Source: Phoronis australis (lineage: Eukaryota; Animalia; Phoronida). Taken from it: a DNA stretch of 64,000 nt. Position numbers and translations under genes: made by a program. The number at the start of each line of letters is the position of its first letter. Within the stretch, counting starts at the first letter, position 1. Below, piece by piece: positions 13,069 through 26,550 of the stretch. The stretch is from assembly GCA_002633005.1 (NCBI GenBank), contig NMRA01000070.1, positions 991,039 through 1,055,038 on the forward strand, in the 5' to 3' direction. The notes below the pieces were generated by a model that saw nothing but the letters and a program-made list of their open reading frames with translations, ran no database searches and was not told where the DNA came from.

Positions 13069-15118
13069 GAGGCTCTGGTAGGCCTACTACTTACTCACCC
13101 AATTATTCCACTTCAAAGTTATGATCTGAATAGGACTTGATTTAACTCTCACAAATATATAGTATTCGTTGATTCAAACGTTTTCTTTTACTTAAGCCGA
13201 GTTGTTCAACTGTGCATTGCTTTTCGGCAGCCATTTTATAATGACACCTATGGTCGTCATGTGCTGCCGCCTTTTGAAAGGACAGAAAACCACACAGAAA
13301 AAGGCCAAGAAAATAGTGGAAAGTGGTTTACAGCAACTCTACTTCAACCACAAACTGTTTTACTGGTATGATATCGATTTTTAAATCGATTAAAATTGAT
13401 TTAGAATTTCAGTTCTGGAAAATAAATCACAATTGTTTTATTCCAGGCAGACCTTACTTATTTTGTATTTGTGACCTCTTTATTTGACTTTTTGCTCTTG
13501 TTGTTCTTAACATCACTTATCTCTGCTGTCCTTCTTTTTCTTTTCAGTTTCTCTTCATTCTCTGTTAACACCTTGTCAGCCAAAACAGAACTGTAAGCCT
13601 TTGAGACTTGGTAGGCGGAAGTTGATCATTGAACCTCGATACAATTGTTCTAATAAATTACCCATAATTGTATTGTTTGATTTTTTCTCATCTTTAACAG
13701 GCTTCTGCATTCATAAATAAATAAATAAATACCCAAGTTGCATTTGAATTTTATTGCTCAATCTCTTCTTTTATTTTTGATTATGTCATGCTGTGTTGTA
13801 TGTAACAAATGCAATATAGTGAAATAAAGTCAATGTTTTACTTTATTGGTGGCCATTCTCTATCAATTCAAGTATTTTAATTTTCTTCAAATAAATTCAA
13901 AATGCTTTAACCAAAATTTTCAACATAAATGTTGAGTTCAGTACTGTGTTTTGCAATAAAAAAACAAGTGAACAATATTTTGATGACCAAGGCGTGGGCC
14001 GAAACTGTTAAGCACCCAGCGTGTTCCATTTGTCTGCTGCGTTTTTCCTTTGGCCTAACAGATGTCGGTTAGTGCCTGGGACAAATAGATACATTGCATA
14101 AACAATCCCTGGGTTGCTTTTTGTTCCGTCTGAAGAAAATTTAATTTCGAAAATATCTTCTGAAAATGAACAAAAAAGTGCATTAGTAAAATCAACAAGT
14201 TTTTAAGTGGTCTCAAAAAAACAGTTGGTAAATGCATTAATTTTAGTCTCAGTTCTTCCACGCGTGTTTCTCCCGAGAGGTTAGTACCTACCCAAATTGG
14301 AACGCTAAGTCCCGCGTGGCAGCGCTGCACGCGAAACAAGATGGCGGACGACCTTTGGAGACTGACGACGAGAGGTAATCGGACTATAATTCTGTCTTCA
14401 CAAATCCATTTTTGTTTTATCCGTTTTATGAAACTATCTGGTAAACTTTTGACGAAAATTGTCTGCTAAATTTCTTCCAAAGGTAGTGACTCGTAAACTA
14501 TTGTCCTTGCAAGGAAGTTCAGCCATAGTCTAGTGAGCGAATTGTCCAAATTACTCTTCGCTGGCCCTGATCGGACGGTTGGTCTCAGCAGAATGCGCAC
14601 ATTTGGCCGGGATTTGGATCAGCGATTTCAACAAATTCACATTCGTGTACAAATAAATAGAACGCTGGTAAAACCTTTAACATCAATAAAGATTACAGTA
14701 ATACTTCAGAAATAACCACCTGGACCAGTCAAAATCTATCTCGCAATTCAAGAGCAGGTTACACACTCATTTCATGTCGAATATATGCCGCACAAAATCT
14801 CTCGACTGCAGTGTAATAAAATGCAAACTTCTTAGAAAACATGGAACAGGAACACCAGAGGGGTGTGAAGGTTGTTTTTATTCTTCAATGTTAAATTTTT
14901 GTAAACGGACTTATGTTTTTTTAAATTTCCGCCATAAGTCTTAACATTTCTAAACTTAAGCCTTTCAAACAAACATATATGACGAAAACAAAATTTTTCA
15001 ACCAGTTTTGTAAAGTCCTATGCCACCTGTAGGGCACATAATGAGCCAATCTCACTCCTAATGTAACAAAAGGGTTCCGTGCATAAAGGATACTAAGTAT
15101 TGCCCTTCTGAAATATTA

Positions 15119-15390
15119 CCGTATTCGCCCTAATAAGCGGCCAGGGCGCTTAGAAAAATCAGCTTTAGGAATGGGGCGCTTATTTTAGCCCAAAAGTGGT
15201 TGAAACCCGGTCTCCGAAACGGGTAAAATCGTAAACTAGAATTCATCAAATTTACGCTCTGTGACGAATCTGTAACCTATGACAGAGTTTCTACAAAACT
15301 GCAGTGCATTGCAATCAAACTTTGTTGTCAACTTACGAGCATTTTTCAGAAAATCCCACTGCCAACAATTGCCGTGAATCAGTTTTCAAG
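15119..15390. mobile_element. TcMar-like MITE fragment inserted in P-like copy A
   Basis: TA|CCGTATTCGCCCTAATAAGCG terminus. This segment is not matched in copy B. The right end is approximate. Confidence 0.4.
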
Positions 15391-17090
15391 CTCCTCAGCT
15401 TGGTTTAACTATATATTAATAAACCATAAAAATGGTTCCAAGTGATCAGTGCAATGCCTGCGCACGTCTAATAAATGTGTATCATGCAGCTCCTGATTTA
15501 AACAAAGGTCTGGGTATTTTTTGAATTTTGGTCCGGTATATTTCTGTTTCTGTTGACAAAGGAAGTTATTACATCCGAAAATTTCAAATTTCAGTTGATC
15601 CATTCTTGTTGTTTTATTTACCGTTTTATATTCTACGGTCCGGTATAAATAACGCCACAGACCGGGAAATCCAGCGAAACACTTCTACCTTACAAATCTG
15701 ACAATCCCTAGTCTCAGAAAATTTGAGCACCCGGCAAAAGATACTAATGATGAAATTCTGCTGATGATAATCACCCACTTTGTTTATTTACTTCACCTCA
15801 GTTTGAAATACTTGGTAAAATGAAGCCCATTCGAGTAAGCATCATGTGGGTCCCAATGCCAACCCAATATATGACAGGACCCAACAAGCTCAAGTTGCAG
15901 TCAAATCAGGATGGGTATAAATAAGGAAATTTACTGTATCAACAGATTGGCCAAATAAGAATAAGATACAAAGTGTTGCTACAGTGCACACGTGCACGAT
16001 ACTTGGTCTATTATTTTCCCGCCGTAAATGCATAAACCAATCAGATCACCAATGGCGCAAAAGTTATCGAAAACAGCTCGATTTTTAGGGAGTAATGTTA
16101 CTGTTCTATTTATTTTCAAAACTTTATTGTGTAACATTTAATTTATTTTCTGTTCAACTGAATGAAGCCACTTAATATGAAGGCATTCAACACAATTAAT
16201 GCATTGTAAAAAACAAAAGTTATGCTCTATCAACTTTAGACAAAATCAGTACACCCCTTTCTTAAAAAATGGGTTAAAAGTTAGAAACAAAGGACACAAG
16301 TTTCCATCACTTGTAACGTCGATTTTTGACATTGATGTTGGGGACAGCAACACGGAATCGTACGAAGGCGATGATTTTCAAAATTTGATTCGTTTTCGTT
16401 GTATGTCTTTTTTCCCAATTGTTCAGGATTATTTCTGAATCCAGGAACAAGAACTGAAAGAGGCAGGGTTCGTGATAACGTTGGAGAACGGTAACATTTA
16501 TATAAGGTGTTACAACTGTCATCGATATTGCCATCTCCTCCGTTTTCATCGAACTTTCCAGATGAAAACTTGAATGAAGGGGACCTTCAGTACTTGAAGT
16601 GAGCATGGTATACTGTGTGATTTATGTAGAATTATTCAACGGTTCTTTTAAGAACCATTTCACGCTATACCTACAACAAACGGCCCTTTTAAGTGCCACT
16701 CAACACTTCCCAGAAGAACTGCTCACTTGAGAATGTTGATTTATAAACATGCTTTCGTAGTTTTCTCAGTAGGCCTATGTGAACCATAAATCAAATACTG
16801 TCCGATAACTATGCTGCTATTGGGCAAGCAGACGACATGATCAGTCGGCATCGAAGTTTCAATTTTGTAATTAATTACCAGTAGCATTGCCAAATGTACT
16901 CACAATACCAACACTTTTACTATTGAAAGACTTTGAAATGCGTTTCAATGCCGAAATTAATATTTTTTGTTGTTTTGGACAGTAAAGTAGATGCAAGTAT
17001 TTTTTGTCAAAATGCACTAACCGGAAACTGCACCAGAAAGGTCAGGAGAGTTTAGCTGAGCACGTAAGAATATGCTGTCTATAATCTATG

Positions 17091-18356
17091 CTGGCATCCA
17101 CATATTCCTAAATAGTGCACAGCATTTTTCTTTTTTATTTTGAAAAGTAAAAATTTATTAGTTCCGTAAAGCCCCACTGCAAGCGCTGTTTTTCGTGAGG
17201 TCACTGAGGCTGTACAGCACAAAGACATATAGGTCATTAGCCGTGCGAGTACGTAGTTCAGTCGACAGATAAACATGTGCATACCCACAACTTTTTTCGT
17301 TTCTCTTTCCTGTGCCTTTGATTCATCCCAGGGCCTAGACAGCCAGCTATTGTATGAAGACTATCTTCAAAATACAACTAGGTACCAGTAGCACTGTGTG
17401 TTGAGCTCCGTTTGACTCCGAAATTTTACATAGCCCGGGTAGTTCTGCTCCGGCGCCACCTCGTCGCGAAATTTTTAATCAACATGTAGAGCTCTAACCC
17501 GACAGGGGAGCGTGCAAATATCTGGGTGTCAACCGACACTGACCTTGCCTGCTGGAGCCTTTTAAGTGAAAAACAATCTAGTAAACGTTATTTTATTTCA
17601 TAATTCTCAGCCTTTTGTAACAAAGAAAACAGTACCCTCAACACACGCTATTTCCTAAAATTTTGCGACATCTGTCGGGAAATGGTGACAGCTTCGCACG
17701 AGCAAATTTTTTATGAAATTCGGTTTCCTGGTAATAAAATACTAAAAACTTGTAACGGAATGAAATCAGTTCTTGTAATTTGTTGTGACATGTACACAAC
17801 TTCTAAGAACAGTTCGATCGCTTGGAAGAGAACAACTGGGGGAACGAAACTGGCTAGTTTACTCAAGGAACAGTGTAATTTTTCATGACACTAATTTTGT
17901 GTCACATTTTATTTAATCAGTTTTTACCCACGTCGGTGCAACGGCCGCAGTATATTTACTATACAGCATGCACCAAGGCAAGGCTACGTAGTCGGGGCCT
18001 TTTCCTGGCTCGTGCCGACGGAGAACGGCATTGTTCCACTAATAGTCATCACTACAAGGCAGTAAATTTGTACATAAATTATATGAGCTTTTGAGAGCCG
18101 AGATCGCAGACGAATTATACACATTAAGCACAGTTCTGTATACGAGAGGCATTCACCCAATGAAGCTATATATATTGCCTTCACCCGCGGTACGGTCTCA
18201 GTGACGTCAGACGCGCGTTAGCCAATAGGAATTAACACTGGAAAAACGTTTTTTTACAAAAATGTGACAGAGTAATAAAGATGTGATTTCTGATATAAAC
18301 TTTATTCATTGATTAAATTACATTAAAAATGCATGTCATTGTACTTCAGGAACCTT
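17091..18356 (-). mobile_element. Kolobok-like non-autonomous element, truncated copy (inverted relative to 20000-21412)
   Basis: ~1.27 kb of continuous inverted homology to 20000-21349. Terminus ...GGAACCTT|TTAA. Confidence 0.7.
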
Positions 18357-19999
18357 TTAAGCAAAAGTGCCCGTTGAATAAGAGCAGAACGATGATCCTT
18401 TAAGAATTAAAAGTAAGCGTAAATTAAGCACATTTCTACGCGCAGAATAGTACTGGTTTAAGAACCCATTGGCGCTTCATATGCCAGTGTGCTTCCATCA
18501 TCTTTTCTTTAGAAAATATTGATTTATAAAAAACGACAATAAAGGATCACATCTGAACACCGTCATTAAGATTAAAACATTTGCTTCTGTTGTATAAATG
18601 TCAGGGAACTGTTAGAAAATTGCTCAGAATTTGATAGGCCCACCGATGTATGTTAATGCCTGTATACATGTAAAGCAGAAGTCAGCCGTTTTAAACACAC
18701 TTTACAGTCATCCTCATATTCAATAAGTTCAATGGTATACATCATCCGTTATACACAGACAGAAGACGCTCTCGCCCATAGACATGATGTCTATAGTCTC
18801 GCCTATAAAGCGATATACAAATGTACATGTACAGTGTATCATATAATATTTCATCACGAGAAGCCCCTCGCCTTCGTTCAAATACCCTTGCATATCATGA
18901 ATCTCGATAATACAATAACCACTGCTACAAACACGTACGTTGCACAACCTATGTATACACGACATGACAATGAATATCCCCTGAGTCAAGAGAGGCCATT
19001 CCCACAAATTTTGTGTTACAGCACAAGACTACATGTATTTAGGTGAAGAAAATTGAGCTTGTACAGAAGTCAATTTAATTAAATACACTGTAACGTGCGT
19101 ACACCCACTTAAAGTCAACCGATTTTTATGATTCGAACACCGATTTTAATATTCTACATATTTGTGGAATCATCAATCCTTGAAAATGTGGCACTGTAGT
19201 TTTTCAAAAAGCACTTTACTTTGATAGGCAGAGTTGTTTATTATATTTTATGGCACTGCTCGCAACTATAAAATAGCCGGCTCCCGCTTACCGTTGCTCA
19301 TCATAGTGGCCTGGGCTTCTGGACCTTTCCTGTACAATTGCAGGTGAAATATTCAGTATAAATGACAAATCCATGCGATTATCTCACCCGGCGTAATAAA
19401 AGAGAATCCATACTGTAAATTAAAACGATGTTTTAAAGGATGACGCTGCTCGGCGCTTTCAAAAGAAAAGATATACAATTTGAAAACAAAGCCATTAAAT
19501 GAGTGGCAGTGTACTACATGTATGTCACTACCAGGGGTCTCCTTAATCCAGAGGCATATTACGTGTTAAAGGCAGTCATTGCGTCCAATTTACTTTTTCA
19601 GCCTTCGTTTTCTTCCTTATTTTAATTGTCACGGAACATAAATACATACGTTTATATCGAAACACAAAAATTCGGATTATTGGGACACCTGGGACAACTT
19701 CCTGTGACATGTCTTTGGGTTCTGGTCATTTGCCCTGCTCCCGTCAGATTGCACCCCCCCCCCCCCCCCCCCCNTCACCAAAATTTCGCACTCCTTTCGC
19801 ACAATTGCCACGTTTCCGACTTCACTTTCGGTCGCCACAGTATTGCTGCTGTGAGCCATGCGACTGCAAGGTGGGGTCACTGAATTGTGCAAAGTCTAGG
19901 CTTACTAGATACAGTGTATTAAGTGACCTAACACAATATGAAATGGTGTCACTAAGTTTACTTTCTGATGCACATGTATGCTTGGTCTGTTTTATTTAA

Positions 20000-21412
20000 A
20001 AGGTTCCTGAGGTACAATAGCATGCATTTTTAATGTAATTTTTCAATAAAGTCTACATCAGATATCACATCTTTGTTAGTCTTTCACATTTTTGTAAAAA
20101 AAAACGTTTTTCAATGTTAGTGCCTATTGGCTAACACGCGTCAGACGTCACTGAGGCTGTACCGTTGGTGAAGGCAATGAGATAAATTAAGCTTACTATG
20201 TACATGTATATAGTGTACATGTAGCTCGTTGGGTGAATGCCTCTCGGCTACAGAACTATGCTCATTTGTGATCTCGGATCTCAAAAGTTCATAATACAAG
20301 TTTAATGCTGCGTTGACTAATAGTGGAACTATGCCGTTCTCGGCCAGGAAAGGGCCCCGACTGCGTAATCTTGCCTTGGTGCAAGATGTACTAATACTAA
20401 ATATAGAGCCGTTGCACCGACGTGGGTAAAGACTGATTAAATAAAATCTGACACAAAACTAGTGTCATTAAAAATTACACTCTTCCTTGAGTAAACTAAA
20501 TTGTTTCTCTTATTATTATTGAAAAAAACGGCGTTCTGACGTTCACTCTGCTGCTACATGTAAAATTTGGGTGCGCTCTTTAACGTCGGCTTTCGGCGCC
20601 GTCACTTGTTGCCTTATTGGCCAGTTTCGTTCCCCGAGTTGTTCTTCTTCCAAGTGTAACAAGCGATCAAACTGTTTTTCGAAGCTGTGTACATGTCACA
20701 ACAAATTGTATTAGAGCTGGTTTCATTTCTTTTCAGGTTTTTAGTATTTTAATACCAGGAAACCGAATTTCATAACAATGTTGCTCCAGCGAAGCTGTCA
20801 TTATCTCGAGACATATGTCGCAAAATTTTGGGAAATAGCGTGTGTTAAGCGAACTGTTTTCTTTGTTACAAAAGGCTGAGAATTATGAAATAAAATAACT
20901 TTCCAGCCGCCGGAAAGGTGAGTGTCGGTTGACACCCAAATATTTTCACGTTCACCTGCCGGTTTATAGCTGTACATGTTGATATAAGTTTCGCGAAGAG
21001 GTGATGAGCAGAACTACCCGGGCTATGTGAAATTTCGAAGTCTAACGGAGCTCAACACACAATGCTAGTGGTACCAAGCTGTATTTTGAAGATGGTCTTC
21101 ATACAGCTAGCTAGGTTGCTAGGCCCCGGGTTAAATCAACGTCACAGCAAAAGGTTGTGACTATGCACATGTTGATCTGTTGACTGGACTGTGTACTCGC
21201 ACGGCTAATTACCTATATCTATTTGTGCTGTACAGCCTCAGTGACGTCACGAAAAACAGCGCTTGGGGCTTTACGGAACTAATAAATTTTTACTTTTTAA
21301 AATAAAAAAGAAAAATACTGTGCACTATTTAGGATTATGTGGATGCCAGTAACCAACTTTTATACTTTCAAAAATCATATTAAATTGCTGAAACATGTAG
21401 TTCAGGCCTCGT
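20000..21412 (+). mobile_element. Kolobok-like non-autonomous element (~1.4 kb), TTAA-flanked
   Basis: TTAA|AAGGTTCCTGAGGTAC ... GTAGTTCAGGCCTCGT|TTAA imperfect TIRs. Diverged relatives at ~39040-39420 and ~42300-43290. Confidence 0.65.
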
Positions 21413-21814
21413 TTAATATAAAGGATGTTTTTAACGTTTTGCTCGATTTTACCACACTTAGAAACGTATTACAATTAGATGTGGCACTAACAAACAGGAA
21501 AAGCAACTTGCTCAACACCAGCAGAGAGCAGCATAACAAACTGGTGGCCGTGGAACAATAAGTAACTTTGAGAAAGTCCTAGAGATGCTAATCACGACAA
21601 AGTGTGGCAAGTATATCTCCAATGGTTGATCAAACGTTACTACTGGTTCATATTCGTGACCCCAGAGGCAATGGCCTTGCATAAAATTCAAGCAAGTCAC
21701 ATTGAATTTTTGATCAATGTATTACAAGCCCCTGTTCACGGAGAGAGTTTTATCTATATATGCATTTACTGCAGTCATTGACATATAGACGCTTTGAGCG
21801 CCAATAGACACCGG

Positions 21815-22209
21815 GGCCCTGTCTCTAATCTTTGTACTCGAAACGAACTCGAAACTAGTTTTGGCAATTTCTCTGCTCCTTTTGTGCGAACTTAAGATAA
21901 TTGGTTATCAAACTGTGCTCGAATACATTATAGTTTATGCATAAGACTTTCTAGTTCAAGTTTGCCCTTGAAGACCCTTATATTCGTGCTACAAACTCGA
22001 GTAAAAACTCGAAATTTCGAGCTCAAACTTATTGCTTTAATGTTGGGTTTACAAACTGTGAACTAAGGGCACTAAATTATCTACGTAAGTTATTGTGTAC
22101 TCGAGCATAGAATAATAGACACTTATTTTGAGTTCGCCCAAAAGTAGAGTAGAAAATGCCAAACCTAATTTCGAGTTCCATTTCGAGTAAAAAGATTGGA
22201 GACCGGGCC
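21815..22209. mobile_element. PIF/Harbinger-like MITE, copy 1 (~395 bp)
   Basis: ~40-bp TIRs GGCCCTGTCTCTAATCTTTGTACTCGAAA / TTTCGAGTAAAAAGATTGGAGACCGGGCC. Flanks CGG/CAG. Near-identical to 24419-24819. Confidence 0.8.
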
Positions 22210-22229
22210 CAGGAATGGATGTTCACAGA

Positions 22230-22800
22230 CCCAACTGGTCGTAACTCTACTGACAAACTCGATGGTCCCTGTGTTGCCATCCCATACATAAGAGGAATGT
22301 CTGAACGCTTACAACACACTTTCAGAACGCACGGGATTTCTTCTTACATGAAACCTATCAACACACTCCGTTCCCTACTAGGCAGACCCAAAGACCCAAC
22401 CCCGATGGCTAAAAATGTGGGGTCATATACCAGCTGAAGTGTGACCAGGATCCCAACCACACCTACATTGGAGAAACCAAGAGACCGTTCCTTACCAGAT
22501 TCAAAGAACATCAGAAACTGGACAGACCAACAGCTGTGGGGGAACACATATTGGCGACTGAGCATTTCATCTCTCTTGCGTCATCCAGGATCCTAGCCAA
22601 AGAACAAAGTTGGCATGCTCGCAAGGTCAAAGAATTCATAAACATCAGCAGTCACTGAGCGCCCCCTCTTGAACCGGGACCGAGGACTCCACTTACCCCC
22701 GTGTATTCCAGCATTCTTAACCAGCGAAAGGTGGGAAATCCCTCATTCATCGATAAAGACCTGACGGACCAGGTCGAAATGTCTGAAAACAACCTACCAA
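22230..22800 (+). mobile_element. Penelope-like retroelement 3' remnant: frameshifted GIY-YIG endonuclease
   Basis: VAIPYIRGMSERLQHTFRTHGI...KP.NTLRSLL.RPKD, then in a shifted frame GVIYQLKC...YIGETKRPFLTRFKEH...AVGEH...ILAKE...RKVKE. This is a typical PLE GIY-YIG domain. Confidence 0.85.
22746..22787 (+). ncRNA. Degenerate minimal type I hammerhead-ribozyme-like motif of the Penelope pLTR
   Basis: TTCA-TCGATAAA-GACCTG(acggac)CAGGTC-GAAATGTC-TGAA shows stem I, stem II and GAAA..GUC. The core deviates from CUGANGA. Confidence 0.45.
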
Positions 22801-24418
22801 GTCTCTAAGTAAATGACCATCTTTAACTACAGGAAAAGGAGTATCATTGACACATTCTTTGACGCTAAACCCCCAATAAAGATACCAAAACTGGATTAAA
22901 GCTAAAATTTAAAAATCTAATCTAATAAACTCATGACATGGGATTGTCGCTTTTGTACCTTGAAACATCAAGACTAGGCTAGACGAGGTGCTTTTGTCTC
23001 TTACGACATCAAAAGAATTCTGGCTACGGCAAGGTCAGACCTATTCCAAAAGACATACTCGAGTTAATAGAGAGTGTAATTTTTTGTTAGAAAATAGTTA
23101 GCGTGAAATTAGTTCCACTAGATTAGGGTTTATGGCATTGAAAAAACGATAGGTACATGTATGGCAATGCGCTGACCGATTCGAGTGAGTGGGGTGTAAT
23201 TTGTGAACGCAATTTACAGTATGCATCGTGCTAAAATTTCAAGATTGAGCAGACCGGTGGCCTATGAAATGAATAAATATATATATTATTGAAAAGAGGC
23301 ATCGATAAAGTTTATTATTATTGTTAAAATTTTTGTTATTAGTATTACGATTATCATTGTCGTTGTTGCTCCCTTTGCCATTGTCATTGCAGTTGCCATT
23401 GTATTGTTATGAATATTGTTATTATTATTGAGAATGTTGAATAAAATCATAACATACCCCTAATACAAAAGTGGATCATCCCAAAAAACAATTGCCGTTT
23501 TGGAGAATTTTGCGTAAAGCACAATATCTAACCATTTCATATGAATCAGGTCAGCCATTTCTGCGATACGATGTTCCAAAGTTAGGCAAATTTCTGTATG
23601 GTCCTTAACAACATTGAAAGAGGTCTTAGTTTCGCCTATAATGTAAACTGTGAGAGTTTTGATGGGCAGAAAAAAGTCCAAATTCTGAGGGGCTGGTATT
23701 CTGGGCAAAAGTTCGACTTTCAAAGGAACTACTTTAGCTGTCGCATATCCGTTGTTTGTTCACTTACTCCACTGCTTGACCCTGTTGACAGCACATTGGT
23801 TTACTGTCTTGATACTGCTTTAGGAATTAAAGCGAAACGTTGAACATGAAAATCTACGTACATGTAGGTGCGCTAATTATTAAGAACTTAGAAGACTGCT
23901 CAACTTATCCACAGGCTTATGCGTCAGACCAGTTACTATTTGTTGGATCAATATATCGACCAACAATTAATTGTCTTGATCACAATGAAAACTAGCGTCG
24001 TTTTTTATGAAGCACTTTTTCTACGAAAAACGCTTTCCACACACCATTCCATGGCCCTATGAAATTCTATTGCATTCGGTTCATTGGCTTTCAAACACGC
24101 CCACGTATTTTGACGAAGCTAAGAACTTTTGGAGACGGAAGAGTAAAGAGCACGGAGGAACTATTATCACCAGAGGTAAAAAATGAAATTACCGTGTTTA
24201 CCATAAAACACGACATAACGCAATTAAACAACATAATTAAACCTGTTTACAATGTCGGGTTTTCGAAATCATACATTTTTATTGCCAATTTAATTAAAAT
24301 CGCTCTACTTTTAAAACATTTTCATGACCTAAGGGTCATCAAGGTGAACGAACTATGTAGCTGACTTCGAAATAGCCGCGCCATACTGAAATTCACTAAT
24401 CAGCCAGACGGCAGTCAG

Positions 24419-24819
24419 GGTCCGGTCTCTAATCTTTGTACTCGAAACGAACTCGAAACTAGTTTTGGCAATTTCTCTGTTCCTTTTGTGCGAACTTAAG
24501 ATAATTGGTTATCAGACTGTGCTCGAATACATTATAGTTTATGCATAGGATTTTCTAGTTCAAGTTTGGCCTTGAAGACCTTTATTTTCGTGCTACAAAC
24601 TCGAGTAAAAACTAGAAATTTCGAGTTCAAACTCGAACTTATTGCTTTAATATTGGGTTTACAAGCTGTGAACTAAGGGCAATAAATTATCTACGTAAGT
24701 TATTGTGTACTCGAGCATAGAATAATAGACACTTATCTTGAGTTCGCCCAAAAGTAAAGTAGAAAATGCCAAAGCTAATTTCGAGTTCCATTTCGAGTAA
24801 AAAGATTGGAGACCGGGCC
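24419..24819. mobile_element. PIF/Harbinger-like MITE, copy 2
   Basis: Same TIRs as copy 1, with a perfect 3-bp CAG TSD (24416-18 and 24820-22). Confidence 0.85.
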
Positions 24820-25619
24820 CAGGTCTTTGGTGGACATGCGTTCATATGCAGTGCCACCAACAGATCCTGTGTAATGCGTGTGGGTGGTTTCAACTTACAG
24901 CCTTTTAACACCTTCCATGTTATTACAATACTCGCAAATTTCCACTGCTGTGAGGTGAGATGTGCCAATGCCTTACGAAAACGGCAAACCTTTTGAAATA
25001 GCAATTGGTGAGCAAGCGCGTCCTGTTTCATACATTTCTCACTCCCAAGATTTTTTCGCGACAAAGCTAGTTGCTGCCACAGAACTGAAAAAGTTGGAGA
25101 TTTTCGATCTCAACCAGTGTCAAAAAGCTATAATAAATTAGTAAAATTTTACTTATCAAACAATGGGAAGGGCTGACAGTGAAATTCCTTCCTCGGCTTT
25201 GTAATTATGAACCCCTATGTAGTAATTGAATTTCTGACCACCAAATGCGAATGGCGATCAATCGGAATGTCACCTTTGTGCTCTCATTACTCAGAGAGCG
25301 CCAATATGAAAAGTTCCCAATGCACATATTGCGTTTGTAAGCGACTGTTGGCCCCTCTCTTTGTAAAGTTCTCGTCATTCACACAGCAATTGATATAGAG
25401 AGTTTAAATTTATGGACCCACTCTTGAATTTCCAAAAAGAAGAACCCAATTGGCGCTTTACACCTTCACGCACTCTTCCGGCGCTGCTCACGCGCCAGAA
25501 CATGATCATTTGGTGGTGATATTTGTTGAACACTGGAAACACGATACCTTTTTTCAGCTTCAAATTTTAGTTGCGTTCACAAAAATGTAAAGAGAAAGCA
25601 TCGTATATGCGGTAACAGA

Positions 25620-25722
25620 TTACTACTCAGAAGGCCGACTACTCCGAACGCCCACTACTCCAAAAACAGTCCTCAGAAGTCCCACTTCGGAATAGTGGGC
25701 CTTCGGGGTAGTGGACTGTCTC
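25620..25722. repeat. Mini inverted-repeat element built from ~15-bp subrepeats (CCCACTACTCCGAAG)
   Basis: Several ACTACTCCGAA-like units are followed by the inverted TTCGGAATAGTGGG / TTCGGGGTAGTGG. Confidence 0.55.
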
Positions 25723-26550
25723 CTTTTTTATGCAATGAAAACAGTAAATGTCACGTTGGATGCTTCCACAACTTACGCAAGCGGTATTTCGCCAAATTTG
25801 CAAAATGTTGACATTAGTCGACTTCTCTCCCCGTTTGTCCTCACTACAACTACATTGTAATTTATAACGGGACTTGTATCAATTCAACTCCGTGATTGTA
25901 CTAAGATCCCGCTGCTTATGATCATTTTTCAGGTGGCTGCCAAACACGGAACGGAAACCAGAAACGGAAAATGAGTGGTAATGTATGTTTAAACTGGACA
26001 ATTAAGAGTGATAGCCAACCCATGCTGCAGATATTCTTCGTAAACCGGGGACAGCGTATGCTTTTTTATTCAAGAAACCACTGCAAAAAGCATAAGATTG
26101 CAATATGAGAGAATGAGAATCAGCGGAATGTGCTGTACTTCCTTCTATTTGGTTTCGTTCACATTTATCATATTTATTTATTTATTTATTAGTATTACCA
26201 TTGCAATTACTGTTGCTGTTATTATTATTGTTAGTGTTATTTACTTCAAACTGACAATGTTGACGCAGATTTAGCACTGTTCAGTAGATGCATGCTCGTG
26301 ACGTGCCAGAGATCAGGAAGTTGCACAAGACTCGACCCAAACGCTGACCAGTCGCTCGCACGCAATGACGAAATTTTCTACTTTAACAGACCGTTACCCC
26401 CATTGTCTTGTTAATGTGTTTCCAGTTAATAGTTTACCAATTATATTATTCAAACTCAAAATTTGTTTCTATGGCTTCAAAGACATTGAGAAGTTCATTT
26501 CCTGATCATTTTCGGGTTAAAGCTTATGTAAATTAGGCGTTTGTTGTTTC

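Larger units (their letters stand above)
12724..17090 (+). mobile_element. Non-autonomous P-element-like DNA transposon, copy A (THAP remnant, no catalytic domain)
   Basis: Termini CATTGACTATAG / CTATAATCTATG. THAP ORF 150 bp from the 5' end. Colinear inverted homology in several blocks to 55695-62652. Confidence 0.75.

Noticed and set aside
13978-14010. TGATGA...GAAAC hammerhead-like string
   Set aside because: It lacks the C of CUGAUGA and a properly positioned stem II and stem I.
16199-16606. Short ORFs repeated at 56486-56812
   Set aside because: The similarity comes from the duplicated P-like interior. Indels and stops differ between copies and no domain is recognisable.
18729-19046. 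Overlapping 92- and 104-aa ORFs in the spacer between the inverted arms
   Set aside because: No recognisable motif or convincing splice structure.
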